Source: an uncultured Chloroflexia bacterium (lineage in GTDB: Bacteria; Chloroflexota; Limnocylindria; Limnocylindrales; CSP1-4). From it: a stretch of DNA of 64,000 bases. Under the pieces are notes generated by a model, which was given only the letters and a program-made list of their open reading frames with translations, was not told the origin of the DNA and searched no databases. This document shows positions 54,009-63,001 of this stretch, one piece after another; the first letter of the stretch is position 1; each line of letters starts with the position of its first letter. The stretch spans positions 213,191 through 277,190 of the forward strand of contig CAVZYT010000002.1 of the NCBI GenBank assembly GCA_963779575.1, read 5' to 3'. Both the position numbers and the translations under genes were made by a program.

Positions 54009-54202
54009 GGCGCAAACTCGGAGCCATCGACCAGTGCAGGTGCGAAAGGTCATTTGGTGCAATCGTCACGGGACGATCGTGGTAGCCCGGCGATCACAAC
54101 CGGACCGCGGCGGCCCGCGATGGCGAGTAGCCCGGCGTTGGCCGTCAGGCTTGGGACAATCGGGTCGTAGACCCAGCCGGATCCGATGGTCACGTTGGCC
54201 CG

Positions 54203-54451
54203 ATGGACGAGCGACGCTCGCCGATCGGCGAACGATCCTCAGGTACGCCGGGTGGCGCCGGCCCTCTGCGTCGCCAGAGGCCCCTGATCGGCGCGTCCGT
54301 CATCCTCGCTGTCCTCGCCGGGCTATTCATCGCCGGGCTGGTGCAACACGAACCCGCGCCGCTCCCGGTCATCAACCGGCCGTGCGCCGGAGGCGCGAAC
54401 GGAGTGTGGGAGGACGCCCAGGGCTGGTGCCTGCCGCCGGACGGGCCATGA
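54203..54451 (+). CDS. possible small single-pass membrane protein (82 aa)
   Basis: ATG start, TM helix LIGASVILAVLAGLFIAGLV, then a short Cys-containing exterior tail (CAGGANGVWEDAQGWC). No family recognised. Confidence 0.35.
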   Translation: MDERRSPIGERSSGTPGGAGPLRRQRPLIGASVILAVLAGLFIAGLVQHEPAPLPVINRPCAGGANGVWEDAQGWCLPPDGP

Positions 54452-54601
54452 ACCCAATGGTCGCCGGCGGTGGATCTCCGTGGTGACCTCGTACTGCCGG
54501 CTGCGATGGTTCGGGCCCAAGACCCAAAGCGTCCCCCCATATCGATGTCGGAGGGCCAGCGCGTGCCATCTGACCGGCTCAGAATGCCCTCGCCGGGGGC
54601 A

Positions 54602-54637
54602 TTGACAATCAAGGCCTGTTGTGGCTACATCTAGCCA
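54602..54637 (+). promoter_or_regulatory. vapBC promoter with overlapping palindromic operator; probably leaderless mRNA
   Basis: TTGACA (54602..54607), 18 nt, then TACATC (54626..54631), with the ATG at 54637. A perfect inverted repeat TGGCTA-catc-TAGCCA (54622..54637) spans the -10 and the start codon. Confidence 0.45.
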
Positions 54638-54894
54638 TGAGACAAGTGAAGATCGCCGAGCTCAAGGATCGCCTGTCCGAGCACCTTCGGGCGGTCGAGA
54701 ACGGCGCCGAGGTTGTCGTGATGGACCGGAACCGCGCCATCGCCCGCATCGTTCCCCTGCCCCCGCCCGGTCGGCAAGTCCGATGGCTCCAGCCCGATCG
54801 TGGCTTTCCAGAGATTCGCGATCGGCGACGCTCCCCAGCAAACTGGCCGGTTCCGTCGACCGAGCTCCTCCTCGAGGAGCGACGGGATCGTTGA
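54637..54894 (+). CDS. vapB: type II antitoxin, Phd/YefM-like (VapB partner)
   Basis: MRQVKIAELKDRLSEHLRAVENGAEVVVMDRNRAIARIVPL. The stop overlaps the toxin TTG start (TTGA). Confidence 0.8.
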   Translation: MRQVKIAELKDRLSEHLRAVENGAEVVVMDRNRAIARIVPLPPPGRQVRWLQPDRGFPEIRDRRRSPANWPVPSTELLLEERRDR

Positions 54895-55316
54895 ACGTCT
54901 ACGTCGATTCCTCGGTGCTCCTCCGCGTGGTCCTGGGCGAGCGGGGCCGACTCGAGCTCTGGCCATCGATCACCAATCCGGTCTCCAGCGAGCTGATCCG
55001 GCTCGAGTGCCTCCGAACGATCGATCGGGCCCGCGTGCGACTCGACCTCGATGACCGGCAGATCGCGAACTACCGGGCTGACGTGCTGGAGGCGATCGAC
55101 GCGTTCACGCTCGTCGCGCTGGATTCGACCGTGCTCGAGCGTGCCGCCGACCCATTTCCAACAAGCCTGGGCTCTCTCGACGCGATCCATCTCGCCAGCG
55201 CTCTCCTGGCCCGAGACAGCGTCGAGGGCCTCGTGTTCGCGACGCACGACGACGAACTCAGCACGGCCGCGCGAGCAACCGGCTTCCAGGTCCACGGAAT
55301 ATCTCGCGGAGCGTGA
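54891..55316 (+). CDS. vapC: type II toxin, PIN-domain ribonuclease VapC
   Basis: LNVYVDSSVLLRVVLGE... (first acidic residue), ...LDAIHLASALL..., FATHDDELSTAARATGF. Typical PIN acidic quartet spacing, 141 aa. Confidence 0.88.
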   Translation: MNVYVDSSVLLRVVLGERGRLELWPSITNPVSSELIRLECLRTIDRARVRLDLDDRQIANYRADVLEAIDAFTLVALDSTVLERAADPFPTSLGSLDAIHLASALLARDSVEGLVFATHDDELSTAARATGFQVHGISRGA

Positions 55317-55578
55317 CCCACTCGGCGAGTCCGCCGACGTGATCGAAATGGCGGTGCGTGAGCACGATGTCAGTGACATCCGACCACGTCGCCCCAGCGC
55401 GTGCGATCGCACCGCCGATCGCCTCACCAGTGCCGGGCGGGCCGGAGTCGACAAGCACGACGCCCCCCGGGCCGACGACGACGAAACAGCGAACCTCGAT
55501 GGTCACGGGATCCGGCCCGAGCATGCCAGGCGGAACCTGCAGCTGGGTCACGACGGGCTCGATGTGTGTGCCAGTCAT
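55317..55578 (-). pseudogene. 5' remnant of an MBL-fold metallo-hydrolase gene, truncated at the vapC stop codon
   Basis: ORF 55258..55578: VVVGPGGVVLVDSGPPGTGEAI..., DIVLTHRHFDHVGGLAEWV (HxHxDH motif). Homology stops at 55317, and the roughly 150 aa normally following are missing. Confidence 0.7.
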
Positions 55579-55659
55579 GGGGTGAGGATAGCTGGCCGAC
55601 GGAGGTGAACCCGGATCCCGTCGTTGGACCCGGCAACGGTCTGAGGTACTTGAGTGCCG

Positions 55660-56124
55660 TCAGTCCGGGACGAGTTCGACCACCGGGATCCTTCCAGGCG
55701 TCTGGGCGCGATAGTTGACGAACAGGGGGTACCACGCATCGAGGACGGGCCACAGGAGCGCTTCTTCGTCCGGCGGCAGCACGCGAGCGACGCGCGTGCT
55801 GCGCACGCCCCTCACGCCAACGGTGACGTGCGGGTCCGCGACGAGGTTGTAGTACCAATCGGGGAGTCGACCGGCCCCGCCGAACGTCGCGACGACATAC
55901 ATGCGTCCGTCGCGATCCATGTGGTATACGGTGGTCGAACGAGGCTTCCCGCTCACCCGGCCCTGGGTGGTTAGAACGAGCACGTCGTCGGCGAGCGGGC
56001 CGCGTGCTCCAAAGCGCCGGAGATAGGCGGCGTGCATCCGCCCGCCGAGCCGGATTGATGCCTTGGGTTGCGGCATCTGGCTAGCGAGACCCATCACCCG
56101 TCGGGTGCTCGAGCTGCTCTTCAT
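55660..56124 (-). CDS. deazaflavin (F420)-dependent nitroreductase family protein (Ddn-like)
   Basis: VLVLTTQGRVSGKPRSTTVYHMDRDGRMYVVATFGGAGRLPDWYYNLVADPHVTV...ALLWPVLDAWYPLFVNYRAQTPGRIPVVELVP. The start may be an internal Met. Confidence 0.8.
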   Translation of the reverse strand: MKSSSSTRRVMGLASQMPQPKASIRLGGRMHAAYLRRFGARGPLADDVLVLTTQGRVSGKPRSTTVYHMDRDGRMYVVATFGGAGRLPDWYYNLVADPHVTVGVRGVRSTRVARVLPPDEEALLWPVLDAWYPLFVNYRAQTPGRIPVVELVPD

Positions 56125-56203
56125 CCACCCTGAACTATAGAGAGCCGGGACGGCCGGGTCATGCGCCCGTGAGAGCGGATGACCCGGCAGAGGCCGCAGG
56201 ACG

Positions 56204-56683
56204 TCAGTCGCCCCATCCTCGAACGATGTCGAGCGTGCCCTGGAAGCAGGTGCCGTTCGGGGCCTGCGAGCACGTGATCTGCGTGTACTTCCCCTTGACC
56301 GGGCTGCCCTTCAGCCACCCGTCCGTGACGACGCCGCTGATCGCGGCCTTCGATCCCGGCACGTCGCCGGTCTGCTCCACGTGGACGAGCGCGGTGAAGG
56401 AGTGCCTCGAGCCGTTGAAGTGATAGAGGGCCTCGATGACCGTCGTGGCGCCGGGCGTGTACTTGAGGATCTCGCCGGCATAGGTGCCCGTCCCGACGTC
56501 GCCGCCGACGACGCCCGTCATCGCCGGGTAGTCCGTGAGCCACTTGGTGAACGTGTTCTCGGCGTCGCCGTGATGCCGGCCCCCGTCGGCCAGGGCCGTG
56601 CCCACTCCCGCGCTCAGGGCGAGGGTCAGGAGCACTGTGGCGATCGTGAGGGCAAGGGCACGACTGCGAATAATCGAACGCAT
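56204..56683 (-). CDS. secreted hypothetical protein
   Basis: Signal peptide MRSIIRSRALALTIATVLLTLALSAGVGTALA. The mature part has two Cys residues and no recognised domain. Confidence 0.6.
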   Translation of the reverse strand: MRSIIRSRALALTIATVLLTLALSAGVGTALADGGRHHGDAENTFTKWLTDYPAMTGVVGGDVGTGTYAGEILKYTPGATTVIEALYHFNGSRHSFTALVHVEQTGDVPGSKAAISGVVTDGWLKGSPVKGKYTQITCSQAPNGTCFQGTLDIVRGWGD

Positions 56684-56797
56684 CTCGAATCTCCCAGTTT
56701 CAGTGCGGCCACGCGGCCGCGATTGACCAGGCAGGGTCGTTTGGCATGGCTCTCCCTCGAATGGCGATGAGCGGGTGGGTGAGGTTCTGGTGGACGG

Positions 56798-58255
56798 TCA
56801 ACGCCCGGCTGGACTCCAGGTGCCGGTGGTCGGGTCGAAGAGCTCGGCGTTGGCGAGGGGAGCGACGGCGCCGTAGCCACCGGTCACGAGGACGCGACCG
56901 TCGGCGAGCAGGCTGGCCCCGTGGTAGGTGCGCGTGTCGCCCATCGAGCCGGTCGGGCTGAACGTGCCCGCATTCGGGTCGAAGATCTCGGCCGCAGAAA
57001 GGAACCGGCGGTTGTTGTAGTCGCCTCCGCCGCCGGCGACGAGGACTCGGCCGTCGGCGAGCCGGGTCGCGGTGTGGTACGTACGCCCGACGCCCATCGA
57101 GACGGTCTGGCTGAAGGTGCCGGTCTTCGGGCTGTAGATCTCGGCCGTGGCGAGGTCCGCCCCGCCGGTGCCGGTGCCGCCGGTCAGCAGGACGCGACCG
57201 TCGGCGAGCAGCGTAGCGGCGTGGTACCCGCGCCCCTCGGTCAGCGTGGCGATCAGCTTGAACGTGCCGGTCTTCGGGTTGTACAGCTCGGCCGAGGCCA
57301 TCACCGGACCGGCGGAACCCCACGCGGCGGGGTCGCCTCCGGCAATCAGGACACGCCCGTCCGCGAGCAAGGTGGCGGTGTGGTAGGCGCGAGCAACCGC
57401 CATCGATCCGGTCGGGCTGAACGTGCCAGTCGTCGGGTCGTACAGCTCGGCCGACGCGACGGCGTCCCACCCGAAGTCATGGCCTCCGGCGATCAGGACG
57501 CGACCGTCGGCGAGCAGGGTCGCAGTGTGGTCCTCGCGCGTCGTGGTGAGCGATCCGGTCGGGCTGAACGCCCCGGTCTGCGGGTCATACAGCTCGGCCG
57601 AGGCCAGGTAGGCGCCGTCGTAGGGGGTCACCGACCCGCCGGCAATCGCCGTACCAACCCAGTTCGTGCGTCCGCCCCCGGCGATCAGGACGCGACCGTC
57701 GGCGAGCACCGTTGCCGTGTGCATGCCGCGACCGGTCGCGAGCGATCCGGTCGGGCTGAACGTGTCCGTCCCGGGGTCATACAGCACCGCCGATGCGAGC
57801 GGGGTGTCCTTGTTGTCCAGGCCCCCGGCGACGAGGACGCGGCCGTCCGTGAGCACCGACGACGTGTGGATCTGTCGCCCGGCGCCCAGAGGGCCACTCA
57901 GACCGGGGATGTCGGGCGTCGATGCGGGCGTCTCGGTGGGAACAGGGGTCTCGGTCGGAGCGGGTGCGCTGCTGGAGCTCGCGGCGGGCGTCGTCGTGGG
58001 GCCGCCGATCCCGGGCTGACGTGGCTGGAGCAGGAACAGGGCGCCGCCGACCGCGACGACGCCGATGACGGCGGCCGCGGCGAGGCGGGTGAACATGGGC
58101 ATGGTCTGGAACGTCCGCGGCAGGCGCAGGGCGTGCCGCTGTCGGGTGTGGTCGATCTCGTCAAGGGCGGCGTCGATGACCCGGTCGGCCAACTCGTCCG
58201 TGCCGTTCACGAAGAAGGCGCCAAGAAGGAGGTCGAGCTCACGCTGGTCGGTCAT
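56798..58255 (-). CDS. membrane-anchored Kelch-repeat beta-propeller protein; candidate anti-sigma factor
   Basis: ATG 58255 overlaps the sigma stop (ATGA). Short cytoplasmic N-domain, TM helix LAAAAVIGVVAVGGALFLL, Pro/Thr/Ser linker, then about 8 repeats of H(T/A)ATLLADGRVL(I/V)AGG...AELYDP.TGTFSPTGS. Confidence 0.85.
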   Translation of the reverse strand: MTDQRELDLLLGAFFVNGTDELADRVIDAALDEIDHTRQRHALRLPRTFQTMPMFTRLAAAAVIGVVAVGGALFLLQPRQPGIGGPTTTPAASSSSAPAPTETPVPTETPASTPDIPGLSGPLGAGRQIHTSSVLTDGRVLVAGGLDNKDTPLASAVLYDPGTDTFSPTGSLATGRGMHTATVLADGRVLIAGGGRTNWVGTAIAGGSVTPYDGAYLASAELYDPQTGAFSPTGSLTTTREDHTATLLADGRVLIAGGHDFGWDAVASAELYDPTTGTFSPTGSMAVARAYHTATLLADGRVLIAGGDPAAWGSAGPVMASAELYNPKTGTFKLIATLTEGRGYHAATLLADGRVLLTGGTGTGGADLATAEIYSPKTGTFSQTVSMGVGRTYHTATRLADGRVLVAGGGGDYNNRRFLSAAEIFDPNAGTFSPTGSMGDTRTYHGASLLADGRVLVTGGYGAVAPLANAELFDPTTGTWSPAGR

Positions 58256-58857
58256 CGGAGTCGTCCTGCGACCACCGCGACAGGGCGCTCGTCGGCCTCG
58301 ATCGCCGCGCGCATCGCCCGGTGGGCGTAGTGGAGTCGGGAGTTCGCGGTCCCGACCGGGATGCCGAGCCGCTCGGCGATCTCGGTCGGGGTCAGGCCGA
58401 GGTAGTGGGTGAACACGAGGATCGCCCGTTGGTCGGGCGGGAGGCGGCGGAATCCACGTTCGAGCCGGTCCCGGTTGTCGAACGAGAGGGCCTCGTCCGG
58501 TCCGGCCGGCCCGTCGATCGAGAGGACGCGGACGTTTGCATTCCACGTCCTCGAGCGGCGCGCTTCCGCGTAGCTCGCGTTGACGAGAAGGCGCTGCAGC
58601 CACGCGTCGAAACGATCCGGATCGCGGAGGCTCGGCAACTCGCGCCAGGCGATCACCAGCGTCTGCTGCACGGCATCCTCGGCCCGTCCAACGTCGCGGA
58701 GAATCCGTTGGGCGATCGCCATGAGCCGGTCACCGTGCGTACGGACCAGGATGGCGAACGCCTCCCGGTCACCGCGCTGGGCCTGCTCGACGAGGTCGTG
58801 ATCCAACCGATCGTCTCCTGGCGCCCGTGGGACGCCTGCGAGAGGGACGCCTTCCAA
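58252..58857 (-). CDS. ECF sigma-70 family RNA polymerase sigma factor
   Basis: REAFAILVRTHGDRLMAIAQRIL, DAVQQTLVIAWRELPSL, region 4 ILVFTHYLGLTPTEIAERLGIPVGTANSRLHYA. The TTG start at 58857 is uncertain. Confidence 0.9.
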   Translation of the reverse strand: MEGVPLAGVPRAPGDDRLDHDLVEQAQRGDREAFAILVRTHGDRLMAIAQRILRDVGRAEDAVQQTLVIAWRELPSLRDPDRFDAWLQRLLVNASYAEARRSRTWNANVRVLSIDGPAGPDEALSFDNRDRLERGFRRLPPDQRAILVFTHYLGLTPTEIAERLGIPVGTANSRLHYAHRAMRAAIEADERPVAVVAGRLR

Positions 58858-59140
58858 CTCTCCTGAGTCCCCGACGGACGCGAGCCTTCAATCCTCGGAT
58901 TCCGGCCTGCTGGCGGGAACGCGGGCGCGTCGCTGACGGGCAATGAGACCTCGACGTTCGGGAGATCGCGCCCGGCGGACAAGGGCCATCCGGCCTGCTG
59001 GACGGACGCGCCCTCGCAGGCCCGCCCGCGGAGGGTGTCGGACACACGGGCCAGCCGGGCGAAGCCTGAGAGCGGAGGCGACCCCCACCCGTCCAGTGCG
59101 GCCGCGGACGGTCAGCGGAGCGGCGCCGCGGTGCGAACCC

Positions 59141-59452
59141 TCAGGTTCCGCCCAGGACCAGCACGAGGCCGCGCATTGCGAGCACGAAGGCGATCGTGAG
59201 CATCACCCAGCCACCAACCACGATGAGCCGGCTGAGCCGCGGGGACCGTACGTTGCGCGCGAGACGGGGCGGCAGCCACAGGATCGCCAGCGCCAGCAGC
59301 ACGCCGGCAGCGACAAGGAGTCCCACCAACCAGATCGGGAGGCCATCACAACCAACGCACCCCGCCTCGATCACGACCGCCTCGGCCGGGACGGCGATGA
59401 GGACAGCCCCGAGCGCCGCGAAGGCGAGGGCTCCGACGATCCGGTTGCGCAT
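59141..59452 (-). CDS. small membrane protein (103 aa, 3 predicted TM helices)
   Basis: MRNRIVGALAFAALGAVLIAVPA..., LPIWLVGLLVAAGVLLALAILWL, LIVVGGWVMLTIAFVLAM. Confidence 0.5.
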   Translation of the reverse strand: MRNRIVGALAFAALGAVLIAVPAEAVVIEAGCVGCDGLPIWLVGLLVAAGVLLALAILWLPPRLARNVRSPRLSRLIVVGGWVMLTIAFVLAMRGLVLVLGGT

Positions 59453-59527
59453 GCGGCAGACTAGCGACAGATGAGGCCGGTTGCGGAGCTGCGGGACCGG
59501 TCAGGTGACCCAGCCGACAACCTTCGG

Positions 59528-60751
59528 TCAGGCGAGATCCTCGCCGAACCACATGCGCCGGGCGGCGTCGTCGGCCACGAGCCCATCCGGTCCGCGACCC
59601 TCGAGGTAGGCGAACCCGCCGAGGCTCGGGTCCTGCCTGCTTGGCGCGCTTGTGTCCCTCGCGGGCGCGGTCAGCGGCCTCACCGACGCCATAGCTGTTC
59701 GCGCTCACCCATCGGTCGTACCCGTGAATGACGTCGAAGTAGCGGCGCCGCCGGACCTCGAACTCGGCGATCGCGACCGCCCAGTCGCGCTCGTCGAGCA
59801 GCAGGTCGCTGAGCTCGCGGACATCGCGGAACAGGAGTGACGTCCCATGCCCCTGGGTGGGGTCCGCGGAGCCTGCCGCGTCGCCGATGAGCACGATGCC
59901 CTCCCCGGCGATCCGACTCGCCCAGACGTTGCTGTTCGGGAAGAAGCCGATCGGACCCTCGGCGCGCACGTCGTCGAGGGCGCCCTCCGGCATCGCGCCC
60001 GCCGCGACCGCGATGAGGTCGTCGAAGGAGCGGTCGACACCGTGGGCGCGCAGCACCTCGATCGGGCCCATCAGGTAGAGCCGCGTCATGTCGGCGCTCT
60101 GGGCGAACCAGTTCACGGAGATGTCGCCCGAATCGCCGACGTTGTCCGTGTCGCGGTCGTCCGTCCGCACGCCGGACACGAGCACCCCGCCGAATCGATT
60201 GAGCTCCGGGTCGGACATCGTCTCGGCGCCGAACCATCGGCGGGTCATCGACAGCTTGCCGTCCGCTCCGACGATGAGGCGGGCGCGATAGTCCGACTCC
60301 CGGCCATCGTGGAGGACCCTGACCGAGACGCGACCCCGCCGAGCGACGCGCCGAGCGGCTTCGCGGGTCGGATGGACCGTCGCCCCCTGGGCCTCGGCCC
60401 AGGTCGAGCGCCACCTCCTGCAGCCGCGGGTGCGACCAGCCGACCTCGGGCAGTCCGTCGATCGAGTCCGTCGCGAACGGATCGGTCGAGCTCAGGCGCT
60501 GGTCCTCGTAGTACTGCATGCCGCGGAGGTCGACGCAGCCGGCCTGTCGCGAGCACGTCCCCGAGACCCAGGTACAGCGCGTGGGCAAGGCCCCACGGCA
60601 GGGTCGCTTCCCCGCGGACCCGGTCTCGGAACCGCGCCTCCTTCTCGACGACCAGCACGCCGAGACCGGCTCGTGCCAGGACACCGGCGAGCATCGAACC
60701 GGCGATCCCGCCCCCGACGACGATGACGTCGTGGACGTTCTCCGTGGCCAT
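59528..60751 (-). pseudogene. FAD-dependent monooxygenase/oxidoreductase, several frameshifts as sequenced
   Basis: ATG 60751: MATENVHDVIVVGGGIAGSMLAGVLARAGLGVLVVEKE (Rossmann GxGxxG). It continues in ORF 59346..60248 (LIGDAAGSADPTQGHGTSLLFRDV), and the C-terminus is recovered in a third frame with a stop at 59528..59530. Confidence 0.72.
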
Positions 60752-60765
60752 GCCCACGCTCCCCG

Positions 60766-61719
60766 TCAGCCGCGGCCGAGGGCGCGGAGCACGGGCGCGA
60801 ACGCCCGCACGCCGGCGACCGAATTCGGCAGCAGATACATCTGGATGTGGCTGACCCCACGGGCCCCGAATTCGCGGATCGTGTTCGCGATCTCCTCCGG
60901 CGTGCCGCGCAGCGGCCGCGCCCTGCCCGGGCCCATGCTGGCCGGGATCGCGCCCCGGCCGTCGAGGTCGACCATGATCGAGGCCGTGCGCTCGAGGGTG
61001 GCCGGGTCCCGGCCGACCTCGAGGCACGCGCCATCGACCGCGTCGTTGTCGCCGGTGAATGCACCCGGATCGTTGGTCGACATCGCCAGCCAGGTGTTCC
61101 ACTGGTCCGCGTAGCGGGCGGTCAGGCGGAGCATCTTGGGACCGTTGGCACCGATCATGAGCGGGATCCCGTCACCCCGCGGGCCGCGCGGCCGGAGCTC
61201 GCAATCGCGGGCGGCGTAGTACGTTCCCTCGAAGTCGATCGAGCCGTCACGCAACAGGCCGTGGATGATCGTCACCGCCTCCTCGAACCGAGCGTACTTG
61301 TGGTCGGTCGCGAACCCGAAGGCCAGGTACTCGGGATCGTGCCAGCCGGCGCCGATCGCGAGGATCAGGCGACCGCCGCTGATCTCGTCGATGGTGTCGG
61401 CCATCTTGGCGAGGAGCGCCGGGTTCCGGTAACCGGTGCAGGTGACGAGCGGTGCCAGCTCCACCCGCTCGGTGACGGCCGCGAGGCCGGCCAGGACCGA
61501 CCAGCACTCCCACACGCCCTGGGGCGGTTCGCTGGACGCATCCTCGCCGTAGAGGAGATGGTCCACGAACCAGAGGGAGTCAAACCCCATGCCCTCGGCG
61601 GTCCGCGCCATCTCGACGTAGTCGGCCCAGCGCGCCGTCCGGCCGTCCGAGTCGCGCTCGCCCTCGGGCAGGATGAGACCCAGCTTTGGGATCCCGGACC
61701 CCGACGGTGTCGCGGTCAT
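60766..61719 (-). CDS. LLM-class (luciferase-like) F420-dependent oxidoreductase
   Basis: ORF 60766..61986 trimmed to ATG 61719 (AGGAGG 8 nt upstream). FDSLWFVDHLLY, VTCTGYRNPALLAKMADTIDEISGGRLILAIGAGW. Confidence 0.85.
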   Translation of the reverse strand: MTATPSGSGIPKLGLILPEGERDSDGRTARWADYVEMARTAEGMGFDSLWFVDHLLYGEDASSEPPQGVWECWSVLAGLAAVTERVELAPLVTCTGYRNPALLAKMADTIDEISGGRLILAIGAGWHDPEYLAFGFATDHKYARFEEAVTIIHGLLRDGSIDFEGTYYAARDCELRPRGPRGDGIPLMIGANGPKMLRLTARYADQWNTWLAMSTNDPGAFTGDNDAVDGACLEVGRDPATLERTASIMVDLDGRGAIPASMGPGRARPLRGTPEEIANTIREFGARGVSHIQMYLLPNSVAGVRAFAPVLRALGRG

Positions 61720-61843
61720 CCCGGGCCTCCTGCGCATGCCTGCCGATGGCGTTCTCAGGGGATCATAGGGTCCGGCAGTCGTGATCGCGCACCGGGCGCG
61801 GTCACGGCACGCTCGGCGCACCCCGGATACGCTTCGCAGCCCC

Positions 61844-62235
61844 ATGGACGAGCGCGACGACGACGAACGTTCGAAGGCTGGGTGATCGAGGCGATCGACG
61901 CCCTGCCCGGCCGTCTTCCGCGAGCGGCTCGGCAGCGTCGCGATCACGATCGAGGCCTGGCCGACGCAGGCGCAGCTCGACTCCACCGGCGCGCCCGGAC
62001 TGTTCGGGCTGTACCAGGGCGTGCCGCGCTCGGCGATCGGCGCGGACTACGCGGCCGTCCCGTCGCGGATCACGATCTTCCGGGGCCCGATCGAGCAGTG
62101 GTACCGGACGACGAGGCGCGACACGCCAAGGTCATCGACACCGTCCATCACGAGATCGCCCACCACTTCGGGATCTCGGATGCCCGCCTCCACGAGCTCG
62201 CGGCAGCCCCGGCGACGGCCGAGCACCGGCACTGA
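61844..62235 (+). pseudogene. small zincin-like metallopeptidase family protein (HExxH), at least 3 frameshifts as sequenced
   Basis: Pieces lie in three frames: FEGWVIEAIDALP..., AIGADYAAVPSRITIFRGPIEQ (ORF 62021..62308) and KVIDTVHHEIAHHFGISDARLHEL (end of ORF 60847..62235). Confidence 0.6.
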
Positions 62236-62255
62236 GCGCTGCCATACTCGCGCGC

Positions 62256-62971
62256 GTGGACGCCCAGCATCCTGCTGGTCGAGGACGACCCTTCGATCCG
62301 CGAGGTGACCGCCCTCGGCCTCGCGCCGCGGGGTTCACGGTCTCGACGGCCGGCCGATGGCGTCGACGGCCTCGAGCGCTGGCGCACCGACCGACCGGAT
62401 CTCGTCCTCCTCGACGTCATGCTGCCGCGGATGGACGGGCTCGAGGTCTGCCGCGCGATCCGCCGCGAGTCGACGATCGCCGATCGTGATGCTCACCGCG
62501 CGCGCCGACACCATCGATGTCGTCGTCGGGCTGGAGTCGGGCGCCGACGACTACGTGCGCAAGCCGTTCGAGCTGCCGGAGCTCGTCGCCCGCGTCCGCG
62601 CCGCCCTGCGCCGCCGGTCCGGAGGCCTCGGGCCTGACGACGCGATCGGCGAGCGCGCCGACGATCTCGCTCGGCGACCTTCGGCATCGACCTCGCCGGC
62701 CGAACCGTCGAGCGCGACGGGCACGACATCCCGCTGACGCGGACGGAGTTCGACCTCCTCGTCGAGCTCGCGCAGCCACCCCGGCCAGGTGTTCACCCGC
62801 GACCTGCTCCTCGACCGCGTCTGGGGCTACGACTACCTCGGGGACTCGCGACTGGTCGACGTCGCCGTCGGCCGGCTGCGATCGAAGGTCGAGCGCCGAT
62901 CCGGCCGCACCCGACGCTGGTCCTGACCGTGCGCGGGACGCGGCTACAAGGCCGCGCGCCCGGCCGCCTGA
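62256..62971 (+). pseudogene. OmpR-family response regulator (MtrA-like), at least 5 frameshifts as sequenced
   Basis: GTG 62256. [40 protein letters not shown], (next frame) [72 protein letters not shown], and a TVRGTGYKA-type end with a stop at 62969..62971. Confidence 0.8.
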
Positions 62972-63001
62972 CGCGGCCACAGCACGGGACGAGACCGGAC
63001 G

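Noticed and set aside
54009-54200. A possible gene remnant on the minus strand (translation ...VHRANVTIGSGWVYDPIVPSLTANAGLLAIAG..., reminiscent of hexapeptide-repeat transferases), plus a duplicated GTAGCCCGGCG 11-mer at 54082 and 54127.
   Set aside because: There are only about 60 codons with no start codon, the motif match is weak, and an 11-mer repeated once can be chance. I cannot support a feature call.
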